A DNA stretch of 64,000 nt. Source: Planctomycetota bacterium. Its GTDB lineage: Bacteria; Planctomycetota; GCA-002687715; CAIWVZ01. The stretch covers positions 1,952,001 through 2,016,000 of the forward strand of contig JBGANV010000001.1 of assembly GCA_044222185.1 (NCBI GenBank). The letters are read 5' to 3'. The first letter of the stretch is position 1, and each line of letters starts with the position of its first letter. Below, in pieces: positions 9,089 to 18,463 of the stretch. Below the pieces are notes generated by a model that did no database searches, was not told where the DNA came from, and saw only the letters and a program-made list of their open reading frames with translations. Position numbers and translations under genes: made by a program.

Positions 9089-11403
9089 CGACGATGATCG
9101 AGAACTCCCATCAGAACAGCTACCCGTCCGCGGTCCGCCTCGGCGTGCCGCTCCTCGTCTTCTTCGGAACGGTGTTCCTCATCGTCGCCGCCGTGAAGTT
9201 CCACGTCGTCGGCGCGATCCACAGTGACTTCGTGCTCGCGCGGCCCATGGGGATGCCCGTGACGTGCGCGTTGCTCGGCGTCGCCGCGTTCGTCGCAGCC
9301 CGGTGGTTCTTCGGCAAACCCACACAGGCGCTCTCGAAGAAGCTTCTCGCGACGCTCGTCGTCCTGCTGCCGCTCATGGGCCTCTTCGGCGTGATCGAGG
9401 GCGCGGCCAGCGACGCGGCGAAGCCGCTCGGCGGCACGCTCGGAGGTCTTCTCGCGCGGGCGTTCCTCGGAATGGGGCCGATGCTGGCGGGAGCGGTCTT
9501 CGCGCTCCTCGCGCTCTTCGGCGCGTTTCTCGCGCAGCGGATCCTCGTGCAGGCGCCGACTCTCGCCATCGATCCCTACACCCTTCTGCGCCGGGCGCAG
9601 GTCAAGAGCCCGGCGTCGACGGCTGCAGCGGCGCCGACGCACACCGGTGACGAAGGGATCTCGGAGGTCCGTACGGTTCCCGGCGGCGGCGAGCTGTTCT
9701 CCGAGGCGACGGAACTGGCGGCACCGCCGGAAGATCTCGTCACGGAAGCGGGCGACGTCGCCGTCGCAGAAGCGGACGTCGAATCGGACGCGGGCGAGAT
9801 GGAAGCCGTCGAGCCTTTCCACGTCCCGGACGACGAGCCACCTCCGCCGCCGCGGCGGATCCCGATCCTCGCCGGAGTCGTCGACGAGCCGAGCGACGAT
9901 CTCGTCGAAGAGGATGAAGAGATCGAGCCCCCGGCTCGGCGGCCGACGTCGGCCGACCTGTTCTCGTCCGTGATCGCGCACGAGGCCACGGAGGTTGCCG
10001 CCCAGTCGATCACGCTGGACGACGACGAAGACCTGGAGACGGTCGACGCGCCGGCGGCTTCCACGGAAGAGGAGGCCCACGCGGATGCGTCGGAACCCTT
10101 TCGCGCCGAGATTCCGATTGCACGCGAACTGACCGCAGAGCAAGCCGAGGCCACCAAGCCGATCGAACTCGCCGAGCTCATCGAGGCGGCGTCCGCTCCG
10201 TCGGAGGGCACCGTCGCAGTCCACCAGCCGGACCTCTTCGGAGCAGGCATCTGGTCGACGCCGACCGTGGCCGCCGACCCCCACGACGACGAGCCCCTCG
10301 GAACCGCGGTCGTCGAAACCACCGCGTCCGGCGCCGACGATTCGTCCGTCGCGGTGGCGACGAGCACGGCCGGTGCCGTCCTCGACTCCGCGCCGACGTT
10401 CCAGCCCGGCGCGGCGCACGGCGATCCGGAAGACGCGGTCGAGGAGATCGACGAGACGCCATCCGACGTCTGGTCCGAGTCGGAGCCAGAGCCCGAGTTC
10501 GTCGAGGTCGACCACGACGAGGCGCTCGTCGCAGAGTTGCTCGCCGACGACGAGCCGGCGACCGACGTCGCGGCGAACTCTGCCGTGGAGGACGAGCCGA
10601 CCGAACAGTCCGCCGCCCGCGAGCCCGTGATCACGGCCGGCCACGCCGAGGCGGAGACGACCGTGTCGCCGACGGCTGCCGTCGACGCGCCGGCGCCGGC
10701 CGAAGACCTGTCGCCCGTGATGTCCGAAGGCGTCGCGATCGAGCCGGAGTCGTCGACGGCCGCGGCAGCGTCCTCGGAGGCGTCCGACCCGGGGCCGGAC
10801 ACCGCACCGAAGGCGGCCCGCCGCTCCCAGCCCCGCAAGCGCCGCGCGCACGTCGCCGACGAGGACACGACGCCACTGTTCGCCGAGCCGGAACTGCCCC
10901 CCGAGCCCGTGCAGGATGCGGAGCCGGCGGGGGGTGACGCCGCCCTCGCGCCCCAGCTCGTCGACGGCCCGGCAAGCACCGCGGCAGCTCCACCCCGTAC
11001 GACGCGCAAGCGCCGGACGGAGACGGACGAGTGGGCGCAGTGGGACGAGGGCCGAGCGAAGCCCGCCAAGCGTGCGGCGAAAGCGCCCGCGCCCTCGCCG
11101 ATCGAAACGCCCGCCAGCGCGGCCTCGACGGAGGCCGCCCGCCACCGAGCCGGTGAGCGCCCGCTCTTCGAAGGCGCCGACGACCCCAACCCCGATCTCC
11201 TGCAGCGGGCGATCGCCCTCGTCATCGAGGAGGATCGCTGCTCGGTCTCCATGCTCCAGCGGTCCCTCGGCGTCACGTTCGGCGAAGCCACGTCGCTGAT
11301 CGACCGGATGTTCCAGCAGGGCGTCGTCGGGCCCTACCAACCCACCGGCCGGCGCGAGGTTCTCGCGCGCAAGACGCCGCAGGAACAGACAGCCGAATCC
11401 TGA
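9085..11403 (+). CDS. Membrane protein with long acidic low-complexity linker and C-terminal FtsK-gamma-like winged helix; no ATPase motor
   Basis: About 4 TM helices in the first ~155 aa, then E/D/A/P-rich region, then DLLQRAIALVIEEDRCSVSMLQRSLGVTFGEATSLIDRMFQQGVVGP..GRREVL, which aligns with the gamma domain of the upstream FtsK. Confidence 0.82.
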   Translation: MTTMIENSHQNSYPSAVRLGVPLLVFFGTVFLIVAAVKFHVVGAIHSDFVLARPMGMPVTCALLGVAAFVAARWFFGKPTQALSKKLLATLVVLLPLMGLFGVIEGAASDAAKPLGGTLGGLLARAFLGMGPMLAGAVFALLALFGAFLAQRILVQAPTLAIDPYTLLRRAQVKSPASTAAAAPTHTGDEGISEVRTVPGGGELFSEATELAAPPEDLVTEAGDVAVAEADVESDAGEMEAVEPFHVPDDEPPPPPRRIPILAGVVDEPSDDLVEEDEEIEPPARRPTSADLFSSVIAHEATEVAAQSITLDDDEDLETVDAPAASTEEEAHADASEPFRAEIPIARELTAEQAEATKPIELAELIEAASAPSEGTVAVHQPDLFGAGIWSTPTVAADPHDDEPLGTAVVETTASGADDSSVAVATSTAGAVLDSAPTFQPGAAHGDPEDAVEEIDETPSDVWSESEPEPEFVEVDHDEALVAELLADDEPATDVAANSAVEDEPTEQSAAREPVITAGHAEAETTVSPTAAVDAPAPAEDLSPVMSEGVAIEPESSTAAAASSEASDPGPDTAPKAARRSQPRKRRAHVADEDTTPLFAEPELPPEPVQDAEPAGGDAALAPQLVDGPASTAAAPPRTTRKRRTETDEWAQWDEGRAKPAKRAAKAPAPSPIETPASAASTEAARHRAGERPLFEGADDPNPDLLQRAIALVIEEDRCSVSMLQRSLGVTFGEATSLIDRMFQQGVVGPYQPTGRREVLARKTPQEQTAES

Positions 11404-11536
11404 ACGCGGACGCTCGTCCGGTCCGACACGGGCGCAGGTCGATGATCTGCGCCCGCCGCCGTTTCGCGGGTCGCGGGCCCCGGTTATGTTCCCGCTTCAA
11501 CTCTGCGAAGCCCTCGCGAGCTCAGCCGAACCAAAC

Positions 11537-12919
11537 GTGACCCCGCGCCGCATCGTCTCCCTCGTCTCGCTCGGATGCCCGAAGAACCTCGTGGACAGCG
11601 AGGGTCTGGTCTCGGCGCTCCTGTCGAACGACTTCCGCCTGGTGACGGATCCGAAGGACTCGGAGGTCGTCATCGTGAACACCTGCGGCTTCCTCGACGC
11701 CTCGCGTCAGGAGTCTCTGGCGCAGATTCGCGACGTGTGCCAGCTGAAGAAGACCAACCAGGTGCGCGGCGTCCTCGTCGCCGGGTGCATGGTGGGCAAC
11801 TACCGGGAGCTGCTCGCGACGGAGGCGCCGGACGTCGACGGACTCGTCGGGTTCGGAGACTATCCGCGCATCGCCCAGATCGTGGAAGGCCTGCTGCCGC
11901 GTTCGGAGGCACCCACGTTCACGATCGAGCGCCGACGCGTCGAGGCGTCTCTCACGCCGAGGCACTACGCCTACCTGAAGATCTCCGAGGGCTGTAATCA
12001 CGTCTGCACCTTCTGCGTGATCCCGAGCATCCGTGGCCCCATGCGATCGCTGCCGATCGAGGACCTCGTGGGCCGCGCGCGGGCCCAGGCGGAGCGAGGG
12101 GTCCGCGAGCTGAACCTCATCGCGCAGGATTCGACGGTCTACGGGGGCGACATCTACGGTGAGGTGCGGCTCGAACGCCTCATTTCCCGGCTCGCGCAGA
12201 TCGACGGAATCGCGTGGATCCGCCTCATGTACGCGTACCCGACGGAAGTGCGGGACGCCCTGATCGACCTCCTCGGGAGCGGAGGGGCGGTCCTCCCCTA
12301 CCTCGACGTGCCCATCCAGCATGCGGCCACCGGCGTCCTCGCCCGCATGAAGCGAGGCTACGATCGTCGCACGCTCGATCGGATGGTCGACAAACTCCGA
12401 GCCAGGGGCGTCGCGATTCGCACGACCGTCATCGTGGGATTCCCGGGCGAGACTGCCGCGGACTTCGAGGAACTCCTGCAATTCCTGCGGGACGCGCGCT
12501 TCGATCGGCTGGGCGCATTCCGTTATTCCCGCGAGGAAGGGAGCGCCGCCGCCGACCTCGACGGCCAGGTGCCCGAGCCGGAGAAAGACGAGCGCTGGAA
12601 CCGTCTGATGGCGCTTCAGCAGGAGATCGCGTTCGCGAACGCCCGAGCCCGGATCGGTACCGTCGAGGACGTCCTGATCGACGTCCCCGCGGCCGATGGA
12701 CGACCGGCACGCGGCCGTACCCGCTGGGACGCCCCCGAGGTCGACGCGTCGGTCTTCGTCGAAGGCGACGGCCTCGCGGCCGGAAACATCGTCCCCGTGC
12801 ACGTGGCCGAAGCGCGGGGCTATGATCTCGCCGGACGCGCCAACCCCACCTCCGCGCTTCGAGGAGGCGATGCAGGTGGAACGAGCGAACGGATCCGCCG
12901 CGCACGACCAGGAAGCTGA
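11537..12919 (+). CDS. rimO: Ribosomal protein S12 methylthiotransferase RimO
   Basis: SLGCPKNLVDSE, VNTCGF, KISEGCNHVCTFCVIP, WIRLMYAYP, C-terminal TRAM with APEVD. Start may be 11486. Confidence 0.92.
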   Translation: MTPRRIVSLVSLGCPKNLVDSEGLVSALLSNDFRLVTDPKDSEVVIVNTCGFLDASRQESLAQIRDVCQLKKTNQVRGVLVAGCMVGNYRELLATEAPDVDGLVGFGDYPRIAQIVEGLLPRSEAPTFTIERRRVEASLTPRHYAYLKISEGCNHVCTFCVIPSIRGPMRSLPIEDLVGRARAQAERGVRELNLIAQDSTVYGGDIYGEVRLERLISRLAQIDGIAWIRLMYAYPTEVRDALIDLLGSGGAVLPYLDVPIQHAATGVLARMKRGYDRRTLDRMVDKLRARGVAIRTTVIVGFPGETAADFEELLQFLRDARFDRLGAFRYSREEGSAAADLDGQVPEPEKDERWNRLMALQQEIAFANARARIGTVEDVLIDVPAADGRPARGRTRWDAPEVDASVFVEGDGLAAGNIVPVHVAEARGYDLAGRANPTSALRGGDAGGTSERIRRARPGS

Positions 12920-13516
12920 TTGAACACGAACTGGTTCAACCTCCCCAACCGCATCACGCTCGCAAGGCTCCTTGCAAGCATCGTGCTCTTCGCGATCCTC
13001 GTTCAGCTCAACCGCCGCGGCACTGCGTCCTCGAGCCTGGCGCTCTGGGCCCTCATCCTCTTCATCCTCGTCGCCGCCACGGACTGGCTCGACGGGTATC
13101 TCGCACGAAGCCTGGGCCAGGTGACCGCTCTCGGCCGAATCCTCGACCCGTTCGTCGACAAGGTCACCGTCTGCGGGTCGTTCATCCTTCTGGGCGACGT
13201 CGCGCCGATCGATCACCTGCTCCAAGCGTGGATGATCGTCGTGATCGTCGGGCGGGAGTTCTTCGTGAACGACATCCGCGGATACATGGAATCGCGCGGG
13301 GTCTCGTTCGGTGCGGCGGCTCCGGGCAAGATCAAGATGCTCGTCCAATGCATCACCGTGGGCTTCCTCATCGGCCGCGTGGCGTTCGGGAACCTGCTCG
13401 GGATCCTGGACCAGGTGAACATCGGCCTCTTGTGGGCGACGCTCTTCGCGACCGTCGCGTCCGGCGTCTATTACCTCGGCAAGGGTGCAGCACTCCTGCG
13501 CGCGGCCGAGTCCTGA
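12920..13516 (+). CDS. pgsA: CDP-diacylglycerol--glycerol-3-phosphate 3-phosphatidyltransferase
   Basis: NLPNRITLAR, TDWLDGYLAR..VTALGRILDPFVDK, GKIKM. TTG start. Confidence 0.92.
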   Translation: MNTNWFNLPNRITLARLLASIVLFAILVQLNRRGTASSSLALWALILFILVAATDWLDGYLARSLGQVTALGRILDPFVDKVTVCGSFILLGDVAPIDHLLQAWMIVVIVGREFFVNDIRGYMESRGVSFGAAAPGKIKMLVQCITVGFLIGRVAFGNLLGILDQVNIGLLWATLFATVASGVYYLGKGAALLRAAES

Positions 13517-13523
13517 GCCGCTG

Positions 13524-13979
13524 GTGATCGCCCGCGCGCTCGCGACGTTCGGCGGTGTCGGACGCTTCCCCAGGGCGCCGGGAACGGCGGCGAGCGTCGT
13601 CGCGGCCGCCGTCCTCCTCGTCCCAGTGAGCCCGGGCGTCTACCCGTGGGCGGTCGGAATCGCCGCCGTCGTCTCCTTCGTTGCCTGCGTGATCGTCGCC
13701 CGCGTTCTCTTCCGCGGCGCCGTCCGGGAGGAGGACCCGGGGTGGTTCGTCCTGGACGAAGCCTGCGGCGTGTGGATCGCCGCGTGGCGGCCCGCCGGGA
13801 TCAGCCCCTGGTCCCTCCTCCTCGCGACGGCCCTGTTCCGCCTCTTCGACATCTGGAAACCGTTCCCGATCCGCCAGCTCCAAGACCTGCCGTACGGGTT
13901 GGGGATCGTCGTCGACGACGCCGTCGCCGGCCTTTTTGCCCTGGGGATCAGCCTTTGCGTCGAGCGATGGCTCGTCTAA
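13524..13979 (+). CDS. pgpA: Phosphatidylglycerophosphatase A
   Basis: APGTAAS, DPGWFVLDEACG, LFRLFDIWKPFPI, GIVVDDAVAG. Start approximate. Confidence 0.9.
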   Translation: MIARALATFGGVGRFPRAPGTAASVVAAAVLLVPVSPGVYPWAVGIAAVVSFVACVIVARVLFRGAVREEDPGWFVLDEACGVWIAAWRPAGISPWSLLLATALFRLFDIWKPFPIRQLQDLPYGLGIVVDDAVAGLFALGISLCVERWLV

Positions 13980-14072
13980 AACGGGCCACTCGCCGGTGAG
14001 GAGGGTCACGGACCGACCCGCCGTCGGCGCGCAACAGGGCCGGCACGACGCCCGCTCGCCTCGACGATCGAC

Positions 14073-15803
14073 ATGGCGGATCCGCGAAAGACAGGCCCGT
14101 TGGGCACCGCTCTCGAGCGCGAAATGTCCGACATTCGCGTTCGGCGGAAGGTCCAGTTCGGCCTGGCCCCGAAGTTCACGCTTCCCGTGGTCAGCGTGAT
14201 CACCCTGGTGGTGATCCTGTTCGGAGTGGTCGTTTACGGCCACATGGCGAGGGCCCTCGACGACGAGCTGGACCGGACGGGCACGTTCGCCGCCGCACTC
14301 GCCGCGTCGCCCGAGCTCGACTCGTGGGAGGGGAACTACAACACGGTCGCGAACCTCCGTCGCCGTCTCGCGACGATCGAATCGGACCTTCAACTCGCGA
14401 GCGGGAACCTCACGGTCGACCCCAAGACGACTTCCTCCGACGCCGAGAAGGACATCCTGAAGAAGCTCCAGGAGTTCGACGACCAGCAGCGTCGGTTCAA
14501 CCAGGATCGCCTGAACAGCCTGCGCGAGACACAAGGTGCGCTCGACGTCCTCATCACCGGGCAAGGGTCCACGCTGATCGCCAGCGCCTCCGGAATCAGC
14601 GAAGCCCGGTTCCAGCCGACGACGACCCGCACGGAAGCCGGAACGAGGGTCGAGTCGGGCCGTTTCACGCGAGCGAAGGAAGACCCGATCCGCGCCCGCG
14701 CGTTCTCCCACCCGATCCTGAACCTGCGGCGCCAGCGAGTTGGGACGGCCACGGTGATCTTCTCCGAGGAGTCGCTCGCGGCACAGCTCGACGAGCTCCG
14801 CCGATCGATCCTGCTGTTCTGCGGCGTCGCCATATTCGGCTGCGCCGCAGTGGCGTTCCTCACGAGCCGCATCATCACGCGGCCCCTGACGTTCCTCGTC
14901 AAGGACATCGAAGAGGTCGCCTCTGGGAACCTCCAGCACAAGACGCTGATTCGCAGCAGCGACGAACTCGGAGTCCTCGCGTCCAGCTTCGACGGGATGA
15001 CGCGCAATCTGGCTGCAGCCGAGCGGATGCGGCAGGATTTGCGACAGAAGGACCACGAGGTCCGCGTCGCCCACGAGATCCAGGAGCGACTGTTCCGCGC
15101 CGAGCTCCCGAGCCCGAAGGGACTGCGCCTCGATGCTCGAAACCTTCTGGCGGGGGAACTCTCGGCCGACTTGTTCGACGCCGTCGAGTTGGAGGACGGC
15201 CGCGTCGCCGCGCTCGTGATGACGGCATCGGGCCGGGGAATCCCCGGAGCCATCGTGCTGTCCATGGCTCGATCGCTCGGACACGCGATCTTCCAGCAGA
15301 CGTCCGACCCGGCCCAGTTCCTCATGCGCCTGAATGCACTGCTTACCCCGGATCTGAAGCGAGGGCTGTTCGTGTCGGCGATGGTCGCCGTCATCCACCC
15401 CCAGTCCGGCAAGGTGACGCTCGCGTCCGCAGGTCACCGCGTGCCCGCGCTCCACTTCGTCTCGCAGAAGTCCGGCCTCGCACGCATCCAACCGGACGGC
15501 ATAGCGCTCGGTCTCGACCGCGGTCCCGTCTTCGATCGCTCCCTCGTTTGCGCGTCGCTCACGCTGGCGCCCCACGATGCATTGATCCTCGCCACCGACG
15601 GAGTCTGCGCCATCAAGGCGGACGACGGCTCGGAGATCGGCGAGACCGGCTTCATGAAGGCCGCGCTCGCGGCCGCCCGCGCCGGAACGGAAGATCTTCC
15701 ATCGCGGATCGTCGACACCCTCGTCGATCGCAGTGGCGGTCAGCCGCGCGAGCAGGACATCGCCGTGATCTGTGCCGTCCACGAATCGCAAGACACGCCA
15801 TGA
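14073..15803 (+). CDS. Membrane sensor with HAMP and SpoIIE/RsbU-type PP2C domain (degenerate active site)
   Basis: Two TMs, HAMP (SSDELGVLASSFDGM), AHEIQERL, ASAGH, LILATDGV. Confidence 0.85.
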   Translation: MADPRKTGPLGTALEREMSDIRVRRKVQFGLAPKFTLPVVSVITLVVILFGVVVYGHMARALDDELDRTGTFAAALAASPELDSWEGNYNTVANLRRRLATIESDLQLASGNLTVDPKTTSSDAEKDILKKLQEFDDQQRRFNQDRLNSLRETQGALDVLITGQGSTLIASASGISEARFQPTTTRTEAGTRVESGRFTRAKEDPIRARAFSHPILNLRRQRVGTATVIFSEESLAAQLDELRRSILLFCGVAIFGCAAVAFLTSRIITRPLTFLVKDIEEVASGNLQHKTLIRSSDELGVLASSFDGMTRNLAAAERMRQDLRQKDHEVRVAHEIQERLFRAELPSPKGLRLDARNLLAGELSADLFDAVELEDGRVAALVMTASGRGIPGAIVLSMARSLGHAIFQQTSDPAQFLMRLNALLTPDLKRGLFVSAMVAVIHPQSGKVTLASAGHRVPALHFVSQKSGLARIQPDGIALGLDRGPVFDRSLVCASLTLAPHDALILATDGVCAIKADDGSEIGETGFMKAALAAARAGTEDLPSRIVDTLVDRSGGQPREQDIAVICAVHESQDTP

Positions 15804-16132
15804 CCCACACGGACCGCGACTTCTCGGTGCGCAAGTTCCAAGACGTCATCGAAGCCACGTTCGGCGAGAAGGACCGCAAGCGCGGTCTCGCCGGAACCTT
15901 CATGTGGTTCACGGAGGAAGTGGGCGAGCTCGCCAGAGCTCTGAAGCGCGGCACGCCGGACCGCGCCAACCTCCTCGAGGAGTTCGGAGACGTCTTCGCC
16001 TGGCTCAGCACCCTCGCATCGATCGCCGGGATCGATCTGGCGGACGCCGCCTCGCGCTACATGCAGGGGTGCCCGCGCTGTCACGCCATCCCGTGCCGGT
16101 GCGGCGAGCACACGAGATTCTCTTCCACGTAG
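15800..16132 (+). CDS. MazG-like nucleotide pyrophosphohydrolase
   Basis: WFTEEVGELARAL..EEFGDVFAWL; C-terminal CPRC..PC.C. ATGA overlap with upstream stop. Confidence 0.88.
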   Translation: MTHTDRDFSVRKFQDVIEATFGEKDRKRGLAGTFMWFTEEVGELARALKRGTPDRANLLEEFGDVFAWLSTLASIAGIDLADAASRYMQGCPRCHAIPCRCGEHTRFSST

Positions 16133-16166
16133 GCGTCCCGCCCGGGCGGTATCGTGCCGCGTCGGC

Positions 16167-18440
16167 ATGAGCCCATCCGCCAATCAAGGTGAGCTGTTCG
16201 AGCGGCCCCCGATCGCCATCGCTGCCAAGGTCGCAGAGGTGGCGGTCGCCGCCCGCGTGCGCCGAACGCTCACCTACGTGGTCCCGGACGGCGTCCCGGT
16301 CGCCGAGGGCCACGGCGTCATCGTCCCACTCGGAACGCGCACGGTGGAGGGGTTCGTGCTTCGCGTGCGACCCGGCGAGGCCTCGGACGGCGAGTTGAAG
16401 AGCATCGTCCGCGTGAAGACGGCGGAGCCCGTCGTCTCGGCGTCCATGCTGAGCCTTGCCGTCTGGATGGCCGAGTACTACGGGGCCGACGTGAGCGAGT
16501 GCCTGCAGGCCGTCGTTCCCGCTCCGGTGCGCGGCGGTGTGCGCCTGCCCACGGCCCGCGTCGTCGAGCTTGCCATCCGCCGCGACGAGGCGGCAGCCCT
16601 CCTCCTGAAACTCCTGGAGAGCGCCCGCAACCGTGCCCAGACGGCGGTCCTGAACGCCCTTCTCGAGAGCTCGACACCGCTCCCCATCGCGGACCTGAAG
16701 CTCAAGACCTCCGTCGGTGACTCCCCGATCCGCACGCTCGCGCGACGCAATGTCCTGCGGATCACCGAGGTCGTCGTGCGCGACGATGGCGCCTCCGAGC
16801 CAAAGCCCGTGGCGAGCCAGCCGCGACCGCGACTGACCGACGATCAGGCGATCGCGGTCGACGCGATCCTCCCGGCGATCACGGCCCGCGAATCGCGAGT
16901 CTTCGCCCTGATCGGCGTCACCGGATCCGGCAAGACCGAGGTCTACCTGCGTGCATGCGAGGAGGCGCTGTCGCTCGGCCGGTCCGCCATCATGCTCGTT
17001 CCCGAGATCGCGCTCACGCCGCAGACGGTGGAACGCTTCCGTGCCCGCCTCGGTGACGTCGCGGTTCTCCACTCGAACCAATCGGACTCGGCGCGCGTCC
17101 GGCAGTGGGCGCAATTGAAGAGCGGCGTCACGCGCGTCGCTCTCGGCCCCCGATCGGCCCTCTTCGCGCCGCTCACCGACCTGGGCGTCATCATCATCGA
17201 CGAGGAACACGAGACCACGTTCAAGCAGCAGAACGCCCCGCGCTATCAGACGAGGGACGTGGCCATGCGCCGCGCGCAGGCCGACGGGTCGGTCCTCATC
17301 CTCGGATCGGCGACGCCGTCACTCGAAACCGAGTGGTTGGGGCGCAGCGGGACGGCATCGAGGCTCGAACTGCCCCGCCGCGTCTCGGGCCGCCCCATGC
17401 CGGATATCCGGATCGTCGACATGCGGAACGAGAAGCCGCTCGGGCCGGGAGGACTCTTCTCGACCCCGCTCTACCACCAGGTGCGCGAGGCGATCTCCCG
17501 CAAGGAGCAGGTGCTTCTGTTCCTGAATCGCCGGGGGTTCTCGACGCAGGTGCTGTGCAAGCGGTGTGGCTGGGCGGCAAAATGCGGCGGCTGTGCCGTG
17601 CACCTGACGTACTACTTCGGCGCCTCGACGCTCCTGTGTCACTACTGCGGGACCAAGCTGCCGCCACCCTCGAAGTGTCCCGACTGCGGCTCTCCGCAGG
17701 TGCGCTACCAGGGTTCCGGTACCGAGCGCGTCGAAACGGCGGCGAAGGCGCTGTTCCCCGGAGCACACGTCGCCAGGATGGATGGTGAAACGCTTCAGGC
17801 CCGGGGTTCGGCCGAGCGGATCTACGATCGACTTCGCGACGGGACCATCGACGTCCTCGTGGGCACGCAGGTGATCGCGAAGGGATTCGACATCCCCAAC
17901 GTGACGACGGTGGGAGTCATCCACGCGGACACGGCGCTGCTCATCCCGGACTTCCGCGCGGCGGAACGGACGTTCCAGCTTCTGTGCCAGGTGGCAGGAC
18001 GGGCCGGCCGCGGCGACCGGGCCGGACGGGTGTTCGTCCAGACCTACGAGCCGACGCATTACGCCGTGACGTGCGCCGCGCGCCACGACTGGATCCGGTT
18101 CTCCGAGCAGGAGCTCGAGTACCGCAAGGCCGCGGGGTATCCGCCGTTCGGGCAGCTCCTGCGCGTCGTGTGTCAGGGGCCGGACGACCTGGAGGTCCAA
18201 GGCTGCATCGAGTCGGTGCGGAGGGCGCTCGACGGCGAGTTGGCGAGGACCCCCGGAACCTTCACGATCCTTGGCCCGGCGCCTTGCCCGTTGCACCAGC
18301 TGCAGGGCGCGTTCCGGTGGCACGTCATCGTGCGCACGTCCGACACGGCCCGGTTGACCGCGCTCCTCGGGGCCGTTCCGGACTCGCCCAACCGGCGGGT
18401 CCGGACGATCGTCGACCGGGATCCGGTCGCGATGATGTAG
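16167..18440 (+). CDS. priA: Primosomal protein N' (replication restart helicase)
   Basis: GVTGSGKTEVY, LVPEIALTPQ, IIDEEHE, LNRRGF, four CxxC pairs, GTQVIAKG, QVAGRAGR. Confidence 0.96.
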   Translation: MSPSANQGELFERPPIAIAAKVAEVAVAARVRRTLTYVVPDGVPVAEGHGVIVPLGTRTVEGFVLRVRPGEASDGELKSIVRVKTAEPVVSASMLSLAVWMAEYYGADVSECLQAVVPAPVRGGVRLPTARVVELAIRRDEAAALLLKLLESARNRAQTAVLNALLESSTPLPIADLKLKTSVGDSPIRTLARRNVLRITEVVVRDDGASEPKPVASQPRPRLTDDQAIAVDAILPAITARESRVFALIGVTGSGKTEVYLRACEEALSLGRSAIMLVPEIALTPQTVERFRARLGDVAVLHSNQSDSARVRQWAQLKSGVTRVALGPRSALFAPLTDLGVIIIDEEHETTFKQQNAPRYQTRDVAMRRAQADGSVLILGSATPSLETEWLGRSGTASRLELPRRVSGRPMPDIRIVDMRNEKPLGPGGLFSTPLYHQVREAISRKEQVLLFLNRRGFSTQVLCKRCGWAAKCGGCAVHLTYYFGASTLLCHYCGTKLPPPSKCPDCGSPQVRYQGSGTERVETAAKALFPGAHVARMDGETLQARGSAERIYDRLRDGTIDVLVGTQVIAKGFDIPNVTTVGVIHADTALLIPDFRAAERTFQLLCQVAGRAGRGDRAGRVFVQTYEPTHYAVTCAARHDWIRFSEQELEYRKAAGYPPFGQLLRVVCQGPDDLEVQGCIESVRRALDGELARTPGTFTILGPAPCPLHQLQGAFRWHVIVRTSDTARLTALLGAVPDSPNRRVRTIVDRDPVAMM

Positions 18441-18457
18441 GCCGCCCCGGGGCGGCC
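18440..18457. terminator. GC-rich palindrome between convergent genes (possible bidirectional terminator hairpin)
   Basis: GGCCGCCCC|GGGGCGGCC at the priA stop, 6 nt from the opposing stop; no U-tract. Confidence 0.45.
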
Positions 18458-18463
18458 GTGCGA

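Noticed and set aside
6977-11340. Long minus-strand ORFs (641, 806, 571 aa), and similar ones throughout the window
   Set aside because: Antisense shadows of high-GC genes; the opposite strand carries the recognisable motifs.
16070-16084. CPRCH as a heme-c motif in the MazG-like protein
   Set aside because: No signal peptide; it is part of a C-terminal CxxC..C.C cluster, more likely Zn-binding.
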